A DNA stretch of 34,686 nucleotides from a bacterium (GTDB taxonomy: Bacteria > SZUA-182 > DTGQ01 > JAFGSM01), in NCBI GenBank assembly GCA_049472315.1, contig JBLIRN010000032.1, forward strand, positions 1 through 34,686, in the 5' to 3' direction. The position numbers and the translations under genes are program-made. The notes beneath the pieces were generated by a model, which had not been told where the DNA came from, ran no database searches, and worked only from the letters and a program-made list of their open reading frames with translations. Below are positions 1 to 8,801 of this stretch, in pieces; within the stretch, counting starts at the first letter, position 1; the number at the start of each line of letters is the position of its first letter.

Positions 1-246
1 GACCAGTGCCAGACCTGCCATCCCAACAGCGTGCTCCCTGCCCACCGCTGGTCGAGCGAGCATGCGAAGGAGGCACGGCGTGACCTGCACCTGTGCAGAA
101 ACTGCCATGAGGATGCTGACGTATGCATCAAATGCCACAGCGCCAGGACCGGGCTGCGCATCAATCCCCATCCGAGAGACTGGCATACAATAAAGGGCAA
201 TCTTAGAAGGGCGGCCGATGGAAGGACCTGCCGGATGTGTCATTGA
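1..246 (+). CDS. Multiheme c-type cytochrome, 5'-truncated by the window edge (OmaB-like periplasmic partner)
   Basis: Frame open from base 1: DQCQTCHPNS...CRNCH...CIKCH...CRMCH*, giving four CxxCH motifs in 81 aa; lies directly upstream of an OmcB-like lipoprotein cytochrome. Confidence 0.9.
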   Translation, partial: DQCQTCHPNSVLPAHRWSSEHAKEARRDLHLCRNCHEDADVCIKCHSARTGLRINPHPRDWHTIKGNLRRAADGRTCRMCH

Positions 247-262
247 AAAAGGGGGCGTTCCC

Positions 263-2446
263 ATGAAACGAATGGTTTTAATACTGGCACCACTACTGAT
301 GCTTTCCCTGATCTTCTTGGGCTGCGGCAGCAGCAGGGAGGGCGAAGGTCTTGTATCGGTCGACATCGCTTACGTAGGTTTTACCGTCTGCTATAACTGC
401 CATGCGGATGGGCTCCAGGCCAGATATCCGGCAATTGTCTCCACATGGCTCTCAGGCCCCCATGCGAACAACGAATCCCTCGATCCCAACCATCGAATCA
501 TGGATCTTCGGCCGGAAAACACCGGATTTCCCGCTTACGGGTATGAGGGGCTGGGCACGGACCCAACCTGCACCACGGAATGCCACGACCAACTCGGGGA
601 TGGCATGCTGATCGAGGATCTATACCTTGAATCGGGCATCGACGACCTCGGACGGCAGAACCGCCCCCTGGTGGCGTGCGAGAGCTGTCACGGCCCGGGC
701 GGCAGCCACTTCGGCCTGGGTCCCCTGGGGGTGAACAATCCGGGACCTTCCCAGTGCGGGGCATGTCACAGCGCGCTGTTTCCTGAAGGCCACCTCCCCT
801 TTCACCCGGAGGGGGGAAGGATCTATGAGGATTATGCCGCATCCCCTCACGCCTCCTCCATAAACGAGCACGTCTATGCGGAGGGAAGCGTCACGGACGT
901 GAGGGCAAAATGCAGCCGGTGCCATACCCACCAGGGGGCACTACGATACATACGGCTGGCTGATGGCACCGAGGGATCAAGCGACCTGGGGGACCTGCTC
1001 GATGATAAGGCAGCAGTGGAGGACGCCCTTTCCATCCGGTGTCATACCTGCCACGATCCCCACAACCCGGAAATGCTTTTGAGCGCAAGGGCCTCCGGCC
1101 TTCCCGGGGCATGGTCCGCCGCATTTTCAACCTGCACCGCCTGCCACCAATTGCTGAAGACAGACGGTACAAAAAACACCGAATCCTACCATGATCCCAA
1201 TGTGAATCCATACGGAGATGCCGGTGAGATCATCACGGACACGCACTACGACGATCCCAACACGGAAGACATCGAAGGGTATGTGGTGGACCCCAATGCG
1301 GGCCATCAATCGAACGTAGGAAACACCAACAGCGGCTCCTGTCTTGACTGCCATAATCCCCATGCGGCGGACAACACCGTCAATGATCAGTGGGCCCTGT
1401 CCGGCCACGGCGACCTTAAAGGGGAGGCATGGGTGCACTATGATTTCAAGGGCGCGGATCGAATGGACTGCCAGCAATGTCACACCGCCACAGGGTTCCG
1501 GAACTTCGCCAACGATCCCAATGACTATGACCCGAACGACAATCTGTTCACCGCCTCCGGAATGCAGAAGGAGGTGCTCTACTGCTGGGCCTGCCATACC
1601 TCGTACACCGGCATACTCAGGGACCCGGGCAGCTTTGCCCTCACCGCCCCCTATGAAGAACCAGCAGACCTCATCGCAGACGTGCCCGACATCGGGGGCT
1701 CCAACCTGTGCATGACCTGCCATTCGGGAAGGGAAAGCGGCGAAGGTCTCAAGTATCTGGACCCCAACCTGGACATCGCCGGGAAGAACTTCGGATCATT
1801 CAATTCACACTATCTCCCTGCAGGGGGGATCCTCTTCCGGACCATCGGGTACGAATATGCAGGAAGGGATTATGCGGACGTGGCCTATTTCGAGCACGAC
1901 CTCATCGGCACCGAATCCGCGCCCGGCACCGGGAGCAACGGCCCATGCGCCGGCTGCCACATGAGGACCGGGGAGGGGCATACCTTCATGCCGGTGGAAA
2001 AGGACCCCAACGGTCTGATAACGAAGATCACCGCCGATGACCTGACCTGCGCCGAGTGCCACGCAGGCCAATACGCCATCACCCCTGAGGAACTGAACGA
2101 GCTCGAAGAGGGATACGAGGACGCATTGGATGCACTGGCCGAACAACTGGCCGCCGACGGGATCCACTACGGGACCGGGTATCCCTACTTCTTCTCCGAT
2201 CCGAACAACCAGACACCGGCAAACGCCTTCACCGCATGGCTGAATACGGACACCCTTGGGGCCGCCTTCAACCTGAACATGCTTGTACACATGCCGGGCG
2301 CCCATATCCACAACCGTTTTTATACCAAGCGGCTCCTCTACGACTCGATCGACTTTGTGGACGACGGAGTCCTGAACTGGTCCGTAAATTTGACCATCGG
2401 GACGTCCAGGCCGGCGTATGGGTTCCTGGAAGGGACCCGGCCATGA
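263..2446 (+). CDS. Multiheme cytochrome c lipoprotein (OmcB/OmcC-like)
   Basis: ATG at 263 after AAAAGGGGG; lipoprotein signal MKRMVLILAPLLMLSLIFLG|C; 12 CxxCH plus one CX3CH (CTTECH); C-terminal GAAFNLNML..PG.H.HNRFYTKRLLYDSID resembles Geobacter OmcB-type cytochromes (recalled similarity). Confidence 0.9.
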   Translation: MKRMVLILAPLLMLSLIFLGCGSSREGEGLVSVDIAYVGFTVCYNCHADGLQARYPAIVSTWLSGPHANNESLDPNHRIMDLRPENTGFPAYGYEGLGTDPTCTTECHDQLGDGMLIEDLYLESGIDDLGRQNRPLVACESCHGPGGSHFGLGPLGVNNPGPSQCGACHSALFPEGHLPFHPEGGRIYEDYAASPHASSINEHVYAEGSVTDVRAKCSRCHTHQGALRYIRLADGTEGSSDLGDLLDDKAAVEDALSIRCHTCHDPHNPEMLLSARASGLPGAWSAAFSTCTACHQLLKTDGTKNTESYHDPNVNPYGDAGEIITDTHYDDPNTEDIEGYVVDPNAGHQSNVGNTNSGSCLDCHNPHAADNTVNDQWALSGHGDLKGEAWVHYDFKGADRMDCQQCHTATGFRNFANDPNDYDPNDNLFTASGMQKEVLYCWACHTSYTGILRDPGSFALTAPYEEPADLIADVPDIGGSNLCMTCHSGRESGEGLKYLDPNLDIAGKNFGSFNSHYLPAGGILFRTIGYEYAGRDYADVAYFEHDLIGTESAPGTGSNGPCAGCHMRTGEGHTFMPVEKDPNGLITKITADDLTCAECHAGQYAITPEELNELEEGYEDALDALAEQLAADGIHYGTGYPYFFSDPNNQTPANAFTAWLNTDTLGAAFNLNMLVHMPGAHIHNRFYTKRLLYDSIDFVDDGVLNWSVNLTIGTSRPAYGFLEGTRP

Positions 2447-2484
2447 ACCCTCGGTTATCGTTACACCATGAAACGGAGGATGCA

Positions 2485-3153
2485 ATGAAAAGGATCGCCT
2501 TATGTGCACTGTGTATGATCCTGGTTGGATTTTACTGGGGCATCGGGGTGTGCGCCCCGCCATCGGCAAAGGCACATGGACGGTACGGAGAATCCCTCGA
2601 TGCGGTTCTGGAGGATATCCGCAAGAGCCAAGGAATCAGTGGAAATGAGGCCATCGATTGCGGAAAGGTGACGAACGAACAATTCGAGGCCCTGGGAGAG
2701 GCGGTCATGGGCATCATGCACCCCGATACCGAAGAGCATGATCTCATGGACCGGATGATGGGGGGAGAGGGATCGGAGACCCTTGCCGCCACGCACCGGA
2801 TCATGGGCGCCCGCTACCTGGGGTGCTGCGACAACGGTCCCTTCGAGGGGATGGGACCGGGCACGAGGGGCGGATGGATGATGGGAGCAGGACCGGGCCG
2901 CGGATGGGGAGGCATGAGGGGATACGGCTTTGGAAGGGGCTGGATGCATTACGGATGGGGAGGAATCATTATGTGGATCGTCATTCTGGTCATTGTCATC
3001 GCGGTGCTCTATTTCATCTATTATGTTGCCAAATCAAAGGCACCGGGTGCTCCCTCCGGAGAAACCCCTCTGGATCTCCTGAAGAAGCGCTATGCCAGAG
3101 GAGAGATCACCAAGGAGGAGTACCAGAGGATCAAAAAGGACCTGGAGACCTGA
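2485..3153 (+). CDS. SHOCT-domain membrane protein with a Met/His-rich exported domain
   Basis: RBS GGAGGA before ATG 2485; N-terminal signal-like segment, Gly/Met-rich linker, one TM helix (IIMWIVILVIVIAVLYFIYY), SHOCT motif PLDLLKKRYARGEITKEEYQRIKKDL. Confidence 0.85.
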   Translation: MKRIALCALCMILVGFYWGIGVCAPPSAKAHGRYGESLDAVLEDIRKSQGISGNEAIDCGKVTNEQFEALGEAVMGIMHPDTEEHDLMDRMMGGEGSETLAATHRIMGARYLGCCDNGPFEGMGPGTRGGWMMGAGPGRGWGGMRGYGFGRGWMHYGWGGIIMWIVILVIVIAVLYFIYYVAKSKAPGAPSGETPLDLLKKRYARGEITKEEYQRIKKDLET

Positions 3154-3315
3154 CCGTCGCCCGGATGTCCCAATAGCGGCGCAGGCATGGCATCGTATCC
3201 CTTCGCACGGTAATAAGCGCGTGCCTGCATGCGCTGGAGGATAAAGGGATGAGACCAGCCTATGGAATAGTATGTTGTGGAAAAAGGATCTTTTGAATGC
3301 AGAAAGGCTACAGAT

Positions 3316-3528
3316 ATGAAAAAGAACATGGGGACCGCTGACCGGGTGGTACGTACGGTAATTGCCGTTATTCTCGGCGTTCTCATCGTGAGCGGGGTGA
3401 TCAAGGGGACCCTTGCAATCATCCTGGGGATCATAGCGATTGCGTTTCTTGTCACCAGCATCTTTGCCCGATGTCCGGGGTATGTCCCCTTCGGCATCTC
3501 GACCCGGAAAAGGCATAAGGCACGGTAG
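3316..3528 (+). CDS. DUF2892 (YgaP-like) small membrane protein
   Basis: MKKNMGTADRVVR, two hydrophobic helices, and CPGYVPFGIST match the DUF2892 pattern. Confidence 0.9.
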   Translation: MKKNMGTADRVVRTVIAVILGVLIVSGVIKGTLAIILGIIAIAFLVTSIFARCPGYVPFGISTRKRHKAR

Positions 3529-3726
3529 GGTACCCTCACCCCGCTCTTCGTGATCCTGTTCAATGCGATCCGAGGGTTGTTGCCGCATGCCGGCTGAAAT
3601 ACGCCGGGGAATGAAGGCACACCCTTCCGCTGACCTGCAAGGCGATTCGCCAGGCGCTCCTTTGCCAGTGTGGATCCGCAAGGATCCCCGTCATGGTGGG
3701 AGCAACGTTTCGTGCCCGCCATATTT

Positions 3727-4662
3727 TCACTTCACGGGGGGCAGTGCAATAAATTGGATTATGTTATATGGTTCATTCTCAATCCACACACTGCTACCCC
3801 AGGCGATATCCTCAGCATACTGCCGAAAAACCTTCCTGGAAGGAAAAGCGGAGATAAATATTATTTTTACTCCCAGCTTTGCCGGTCCATTAGTGAACTC
3901 CATGAGTTGGTCAAGTCTTTCCTGCGTCACAGGCCCGGTTGAAACAACCGCCTCGACGACCAGCAGCGAGCGCTCCTCTGAGCCATACAGGATCACATCG
4001 GGCAGGGAAACACTTATGTCGATCGGTAGATTCAGACTGCGCATCAATGCGCGATTCTGGTATCCAAACCGAGGAGCCGTATCCCCGAGGTAAACCACTT
4101 GAGGGCGCTGGAGAAGGGCTGGGCCTAATGTTTCCACTATGGCCTTCTCCAGCAAGTTGTGATGACCTGGACTGAGAGCATGTGTTTGACCTGGCATAAC
4201 AGCAACAATGACATCCTGTCGAAGATTCATGCGTTGCTTTGGAACCTTTCGTTCGCGAACGCTTAAGTCTTCAATGAGTGGGTCTCTCTCCGGGCCTGAC
4301 GTCAATGCAAGGAGGCGAGCAAATTTGGGATGAAGCCGATAATAGGTGTTGGGATCATTGGTGCTCAACTGGTAACGGATTACCCATCCTGCATTAATCA
4401 ATGGGCGCAATGATGTCTTGCGGTAAGATTCACGGGTATTCTCCGCCACAGTACGATCGAAATCCATCCGAACGAAATTCAGGATGTCATGAATGCGTGC
4501 ACCATCACTCAGGCTTATATGGCCGGCAAGCAGTCCCTGGCGTGGCGTAGTATCGGCGAGGGCCAGGATACAAAAAGCCGTCTGATCGGTAATGTGGCGA
4601 GGTGAAAAGTTCAATGAGTGAAGTAATGCCTTTACTTCATCAACGACCATTTCTCTCGTCAT
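3727..4662 (-). CDS. BsuBI/PstI-family type II restriction endonuclease
   Basis: AENTRESYRK N-terminal motif, HNLLEKAIVE, LPDV...VEAVVSTGPV (PD-(D/E)xK-like) and IAWGSSVWI; overlaps the upstream methyltransferase. Confidence 0.88.
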   Translation of the reverse strand: MTREMVVDEVKALLHSLNFSPRHITDQTAFCILALADTTPRQGLLAGHISLSDGARIHDILNFVRMDFDRTVAENTRESYRKTSLRPLINAGWVIRYQLSTNDPNTYYRLHPKFARLLALTSGPERDPLIEDLSVRERKVPKQRMNLRQDVIVAVMPGQTHALSPGHHNLLEKAIVETLGPALLQRPQVVYLGDTAPRFGYQNRALMRSLNLPIDISVSLPDVILYGSEERSLLVVEAVVSTGPVTQERLDQLMEFTNGPAKLGVKIIFISAFPSRKVFRQYAEDIAWGSSVWIENEPYNIIQFIALPPVK

Positions 4663-6586
4663 GAGTGACTTGGTTCTTCATCAATGAGTTTCGGACGAAG
4701 TCAAGTTCGCGCGGTGTGATGCCATAGGCTTCCGCCACCCATTCATTTAATCGCTGCTCCAGGGACACTCTGCTGATTTCCTCAGACATTTGTTGCAACT
4801 CCCTTGCTATGGAGGCTATTTGCATCTCTTGATTGCAGCGTGGGACGGGCATAAGGTTGAGCTCCGTAGCCGAGACCTGGGTGTTGCCATTCATGGTTCT
4901 GAAGAAGAATTCCATTACATCGGAGCATAAAATGCTCAGGAGGTAATACAGATCGATGCTCGGTGCGCCGGGACCGGGCTGGATTATATTGAGGTGGTTT
5001 TCTACAAAATATCCCCCTTTATGTTCAGCGCAAAAGTGCTCCGGCACGGACGCGACCAGCCGATGGGGCTGCTCATCAGCGGTTACTCGCTGGGCCATCA
5101 GGCTTAAGCCCTGATTTACCAATTGGTGGGTACGAGGAGTTACCTTCAAATACGGCTGCCGACCTTCCCCTGCGCTTGCGAAGGTGAAAGAAAATCTGCC
5201 AACATCGGTAGCCCACACAAGAGGCAGGGCATCTGCTTCAGGATACGCACGGAGAAGAGGCTTAACACGGTTCCAGACAATAGGTCCGGTCTTTGCAGGA
5301 CATCCAACGGCCGGACTGGATAACAAAGGATGCCGGTCAAGAATCTTATCCATAATATCATATGTCTGATGGATATCCGAGACAAACCACACAATGGAGC
5401 CGTTCAGATGACGCATGACCTTTTTCTGATCGACGCAGGCTGCCGGCATATTCCTGGTTTCAAGCTCTAAGGCGGAGCGGGCCACGGCTGTCTTAAGGGC
5501 GTTAATAGGGGCAGGCTCACGCTTGTTTTCACAGTACCTACGTTGGACGACCAAGATCATCGTGCCCTGCAACACGTTATCAAAAACCTTCTTTCGTTCG
5601 GTGATCAGGGTAATCTCTTTCAAATCGCTCTGGAGCTCAATGAATTTACGCAGGTTTTTAAAGTATAAACCGGAGAGCATGGATCGGGGAACAATGTAGC
5701 CCAATACGCCACCCGGTTGCAGCATCTCTATCCCTGAATGTAAAAAAAGACCATATGCATTCGGGTGGCCGTATAAAGAAGCCCGAAATACTTCCTGCAA
5801 TTCCTTATCCAGCTGACTGATTTTATGATATGGGGGATTGCCCACCACGAAGTCAAAAGAGTTCGTGAGTTGAAGAGTAGATGCCGTATACGAGAAAAGC
5901 CGGGGGCCTGTGAGTTCTGTCGCCACCATTCTCAGTGTGTCAAAGCAGTATATCATCAAGGGGGGCAGAAGGGCATCAGGATGGGCGTCGGCCCAAAACA
6001 GGATCGCGGGAGTCAACAGGAGGCTCACATTGAATTGCGTATAGAGGCATGCGATAGGGTCAAGATCCACACCGACAAAGGCGGAGCGCGCGCATGGGTA
6101 CCACTTTTCCATCGGCATGCCGGATCGGTGCAAGGCAGCCAGGTACGTCCTGATTGCCTCTACCAGAAAAATGCCTGAACCGCAGGCCGGATCAGCTAGT
6201 CGTTTATCCAGGATGTCTTCGTCCTCCCGATATCCAACGGCATCAAGAATATATCGGACGATAACAGTGGGGGTGACGTACTGCCCAAGACGTTTGCGCA
6301 TTTCCTGAGAGACCATGTGCAGGTAATCGTGTACCTCAAGCTTCTCCCTGTTGTATATGTCAAACGGGACATCTTCTCGCAGCAAACATCCCTTATGATC
6401 GCGTTCTGCCTCGGGAGCCGCATCTGTCTTTCTAAGAAGGGCATCACGCAGAGAGGCAATCCGGGATGCACTTAAGGACAGCCCGAGTCGCCCGGCTTCC
6501 TGATATAGATGTGCAGCCAGTGCATCCCGCAGTTTGCCTGCCACGATTCCTTCATCAACAGCGTGGATTTGTTGTTCCTTGATCAT
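4640..6586 (-). CDS. N6-adenine DNA methyltransferase (BsuBI/PstI/Eco57I-like)
   Basis: GQYVTP, SAM-binding DPACGSGIFL, catalytic VGNPPY, and C-terminal ENHLN and NGNTQVSATELN typical of this family; adjacent to the endonuclease. Confidence 0.92.
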   Translation of the reverse strand: MIKEQQIHAVDEGIVAGKLRDALAAHLYQEAGRLGLSLSASRIASLRDALLRKTDAAPEAERDHKGCLLREDVPFDIYNREKLEVHDYLHMVSQEMRKRLGQYVTPTVIVRYILDAVGYREDEDILDKRLADPACGSGIFLVEAIRTYLAALHRSGMPMEKWYPCARSAFVGVDLDPIACLYTQFNVSLLLTPAILFWADAHPDALLPPLMIYCFDTLRMVATELTGPRLFSYTASTLQLTNSFDFVVGNPPYHKISQLDKELQEVFRASLYGHPNAYGLFLHSGIEMLQPGGVLGYIVPRSMLSGLYFKNLRKFIELQSDLKEITLITERKKVFDNVLQGTMILVVQRRYCENKREPAPINALKTAVARSALELETRNMPAACVDQKKVMRHLNGSIVWFVSDIHQTYDIMDKILDRHPLLSSPAVGCPAKTGPIVWNRVKPLLRAYPEADALPLVWATDVGRFSFTFASAGEGRQPYLKVTPRTHQLVNQGLSLMAQRVTADEQPHRLVASVPEHFCAEHKGGYFVENHLNIIQPGPGAPSIDLYYLLSILCSDVMEFFFRTMNGNTQVSATELNLMPVPRCNQEMQIASIARELQQMSEEISRVSLEQRLNEWVAEAYGITPRELDFVRNSLMKNQVTHDERNGR

Positions 6587-7160
6587 GCCTTTTGTTTAAT
6601 AAGGAAGCTGCTCAAATTTCGTTTCTGATGGCATCGCAAAAACCACTTGGAATCGGAAACGGTGCGCCGATACCTTTTAAGTATTTACCTTGAACTTAAT
6701 CTCTATACAAGGAAAGGCGTCAATGGTTCAGTCTTTTTGCATCGCCATCAATCTGAATGATTCTTAATGAAGATGATAACCTTCTACTCGGGCAGCTTCC
6801 GGCAATGCCAAAAATTTCTCTGTGTGAGACTGAAACGATCTTTAGATCCCTTTGTGTTCAAAAGCCATATCACTGACCTTACAGAAAATATATCGCCGGA
6901 TGATAGTCCTGTCAAGGAAGAAAGGCATGGGTTCAGGTATATCCCATTCTCGCCCGCATCAAAAAAACCTTATCAATTCCGGGGGATCAAAAAGGGCCTG
7001 GGCGGCACGATAATTGGCATACAAGGGGAAGGCATAGCTCACACTCAGGCCATTTGAGTTCTTCATAATCAAAAGATAAACTTTATATATACTGAAGTCT
7101 ACTGAAGTCTATCTCAAAACACTTTAAAGGGAATCTAAATAACAAAAGGCATAACAAAAT

Positions 7161-7335
7161 GGGGTCAGGTCTTGAAATGACAGTTTTTTGGATTAAACGC
7201 TCATGGGCCTTCGGCACACCACTAAGGATGAAAATCTATTTTCAAGACAAACCCTCATGCCACTTTGTGGCACCACGAAGCATGTAAATATGACATCATT
7301 TTCGGAACAAAACTGATAATTCAAGACCTGACCCC
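7161..7335. mobile_element. 175-bp non-coding element with terminal inverted repeats (MITE/REP-like)
   Basis: Perfect 16-bp IR GGGGTCAGGTCTTGAA (7161-7176) / TTCAAGACCTGACCCC (7320-7335), extending imperfectly to about 27 bp; two internal CTCATG...ACCAC.AAG.ATG units; right half recurs at 27689-27776. No target-site duplication seen. Confidence 0.65.
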
Positions 7336-7427
7336 AAACCCCTTCAGATCATGAATGAAAATCATTCAAATCATGAATTACTTTACAAGAAAAGGTTGAT
7401 AGGGGGCTTTTAGAATCCGCCAGGTCC

Positions 7428-7546
7428 GAGTTCAGTATTTGGGAATCAGAACAAATATGGGGTGATTAATGAAACGCGGCGAAATCAGATGGCATGCATT
7501 CAAAATCCCTTATAACAAACGCCCGATGCTTATCCTCACAAGGGAT
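7428..7546 (+). pseudogene. mazF: Remnant TA pair: antitoxin C-terminus plus N-terminal fragment of a MazF/PemK toxin
   Basis: EFSIWESEQIWGD* is coupled by a TAATG overlap to MKRGEIRWHAFKIPYNKRPMLILTRD (PemK/MazF N-terminal K-RP-L-L motif); similarity ends where the convergent GT4 gene ends. Confidence 0.7.
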
Positions 7547-8801
7547 TCATTCTCACCCCGGCGAGGCGCGAGGCAGGTGCACCACGCGGTTTTCCGTCTT
7601 CTGAGAGCAGGGTGTCGTACAGTCGCTCGATGCGCTCCATCATCACCTTCAGGGAGAAGCGTTCCGCAAGGGTCCCCGACATCTCCCCCATCCGCTGCAT
7701 CCTCCAGGGACGCCCGGCAAGGTTGAGCATGGCGTCCGCAAGGGAGGAGTCATCCCCGGGAGGCACCAGGATACCGTTCACCCCCTCCTGGACAAGGTCG
7801 GGGATACCCCCGGTGCGGGTGGCGATCACCGGCTTTTCCATGGCCATGGCCTCCACGAGCGCCCTGCCCATCCCCTCGTTCAGTGACGGGAACACGAAGA
7901 TATCGTAGAGGGCCATCACCGGCCTCGGGTCCGTCTCCCACGGGATGAACCGCACCCGGTCCATGATCTCCCACTCCTGGGCGGTCCGCTCCAGGTCCCC
8001 CTTGATGGGGCCGTCACCCAGGAGGCAGAGGAGCGCGTCAGGCCTTTTTTCAAGCATCCGGCGGAAGGCCGCAAGCAGGACGTCGTGCCCCTTGACCTTC
8101 ACATGCCTTCCCACCGTACCGACGACAAGCCCTGCCTCCGGTATGCCGAGCCTCCTGCGCATAGCCTGGGTAACGGGGGAGTCGCCGTTCCTTTTGAATG
8201 ATTCGAGGTCCACCCCGCTTGGGCAGACCAGAAAGGCGCTTTCGGGGGCGATCCTGAAGGCGAGATGGTCGGCCATCTCCCCCTCGGTGAGGCAGATGAT
8301 CCGGTCGGTGATCCGGGAGGTCAGCCGCTCGAGCCATATGAAGAATGCCCGCTTCAGGGGGCCGAAGTAGCCGTAAAAGACGTGACCGTGCGGGGTGTGG
8401 CATATCACGGGCACGCGGTTTACAAATGAGGCCCATCGTCCCAGGATCCCCGCCTTTGAGGTATGGGTGTGAACGATGTGCGGCCTCAGGCGCCGGAGGG
8501 TCAGCAGGAGCCACATAAATGCAAGGGGATCATGACGGAGGGAGATCCTCCGGTACAAAAAGGGGCAGACCATGACCGGTATCCCTTTGTCCTTGAGACT
8601 CCGGATCGCATCCTCCGTGGCAGAGCGCTCCTGATCGGACATCTCCGATTCCATGGAGGGGCCGATGATGAGCACCGGATGATACCGGTCCCCGGCGAGG
8701 TGCCTTACGGTGAGGAGGGTGTTTTCGGCCGAGCCCCCTTTGTCCATCCGGGTGATGATGTGGACGCAGGTGATGGGGGTGCGTGTCGCTGTTCCTTCCA
8801 T
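7536..8801 (-). CDS. Glycosyltransferase family 4
   Basis: RBS AAGGAGGT before ATG 8801; HIITRMDKGGSAENT, VHTHTSKAG, HTPHGH, KGHDVLL, PSLNEGMGRALVEAMA (EX7E). Confidence 0.92.
   Translation of the reverse strand: MEGTATRTPITCVHIITRMDKGGSAENTLLTVRHLAGDRYHPVLIIGPSMESEMSDQERSATEDAIRSLKDKGIPVMVCPFLYRRISLRHDPLAFMWLLLTLRRLRPHIVHTHTSKAGILGRWASFVNRVPVICHTPHGHVFYGYFGPLKRAFFIWLERLTSRITDRIICLTEGEMADHLAFRIAPESAFLVCPSGVDLESFKRNGDSPVTQAMRRRLGIPEAGLVVGTVGRHVKVKGHDVLLAAFRRMLEKRPDALLCLLGDGPIKGDLERTAQEWEIMDRVRFIPWETDPRPVMALYDIFVFPSLNEGMGRALVEAMAMEKPVIATRTGGIPDLVQEGVNGILVPPGDDSSLADAMLNLAGRPWRMQRMGEMSGTLAERFSLKVMMERIERLYDTLLSEDGKPRGAPASRLAGVRMNPL

Noticed and set aside
6767..7057. 96-aa ORF and a near sigma-54 site (CGGCACGATAATTGGC)
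   Set aside because: No recognisable motifs or RBS in the ORF; the site has GG rather than GC at the -12 position.
7091..7110. ACTGAAGTCT tandem duplication
   Set aside because: A two-copy 10-mer in an AT-rich spacer with no further support for function.
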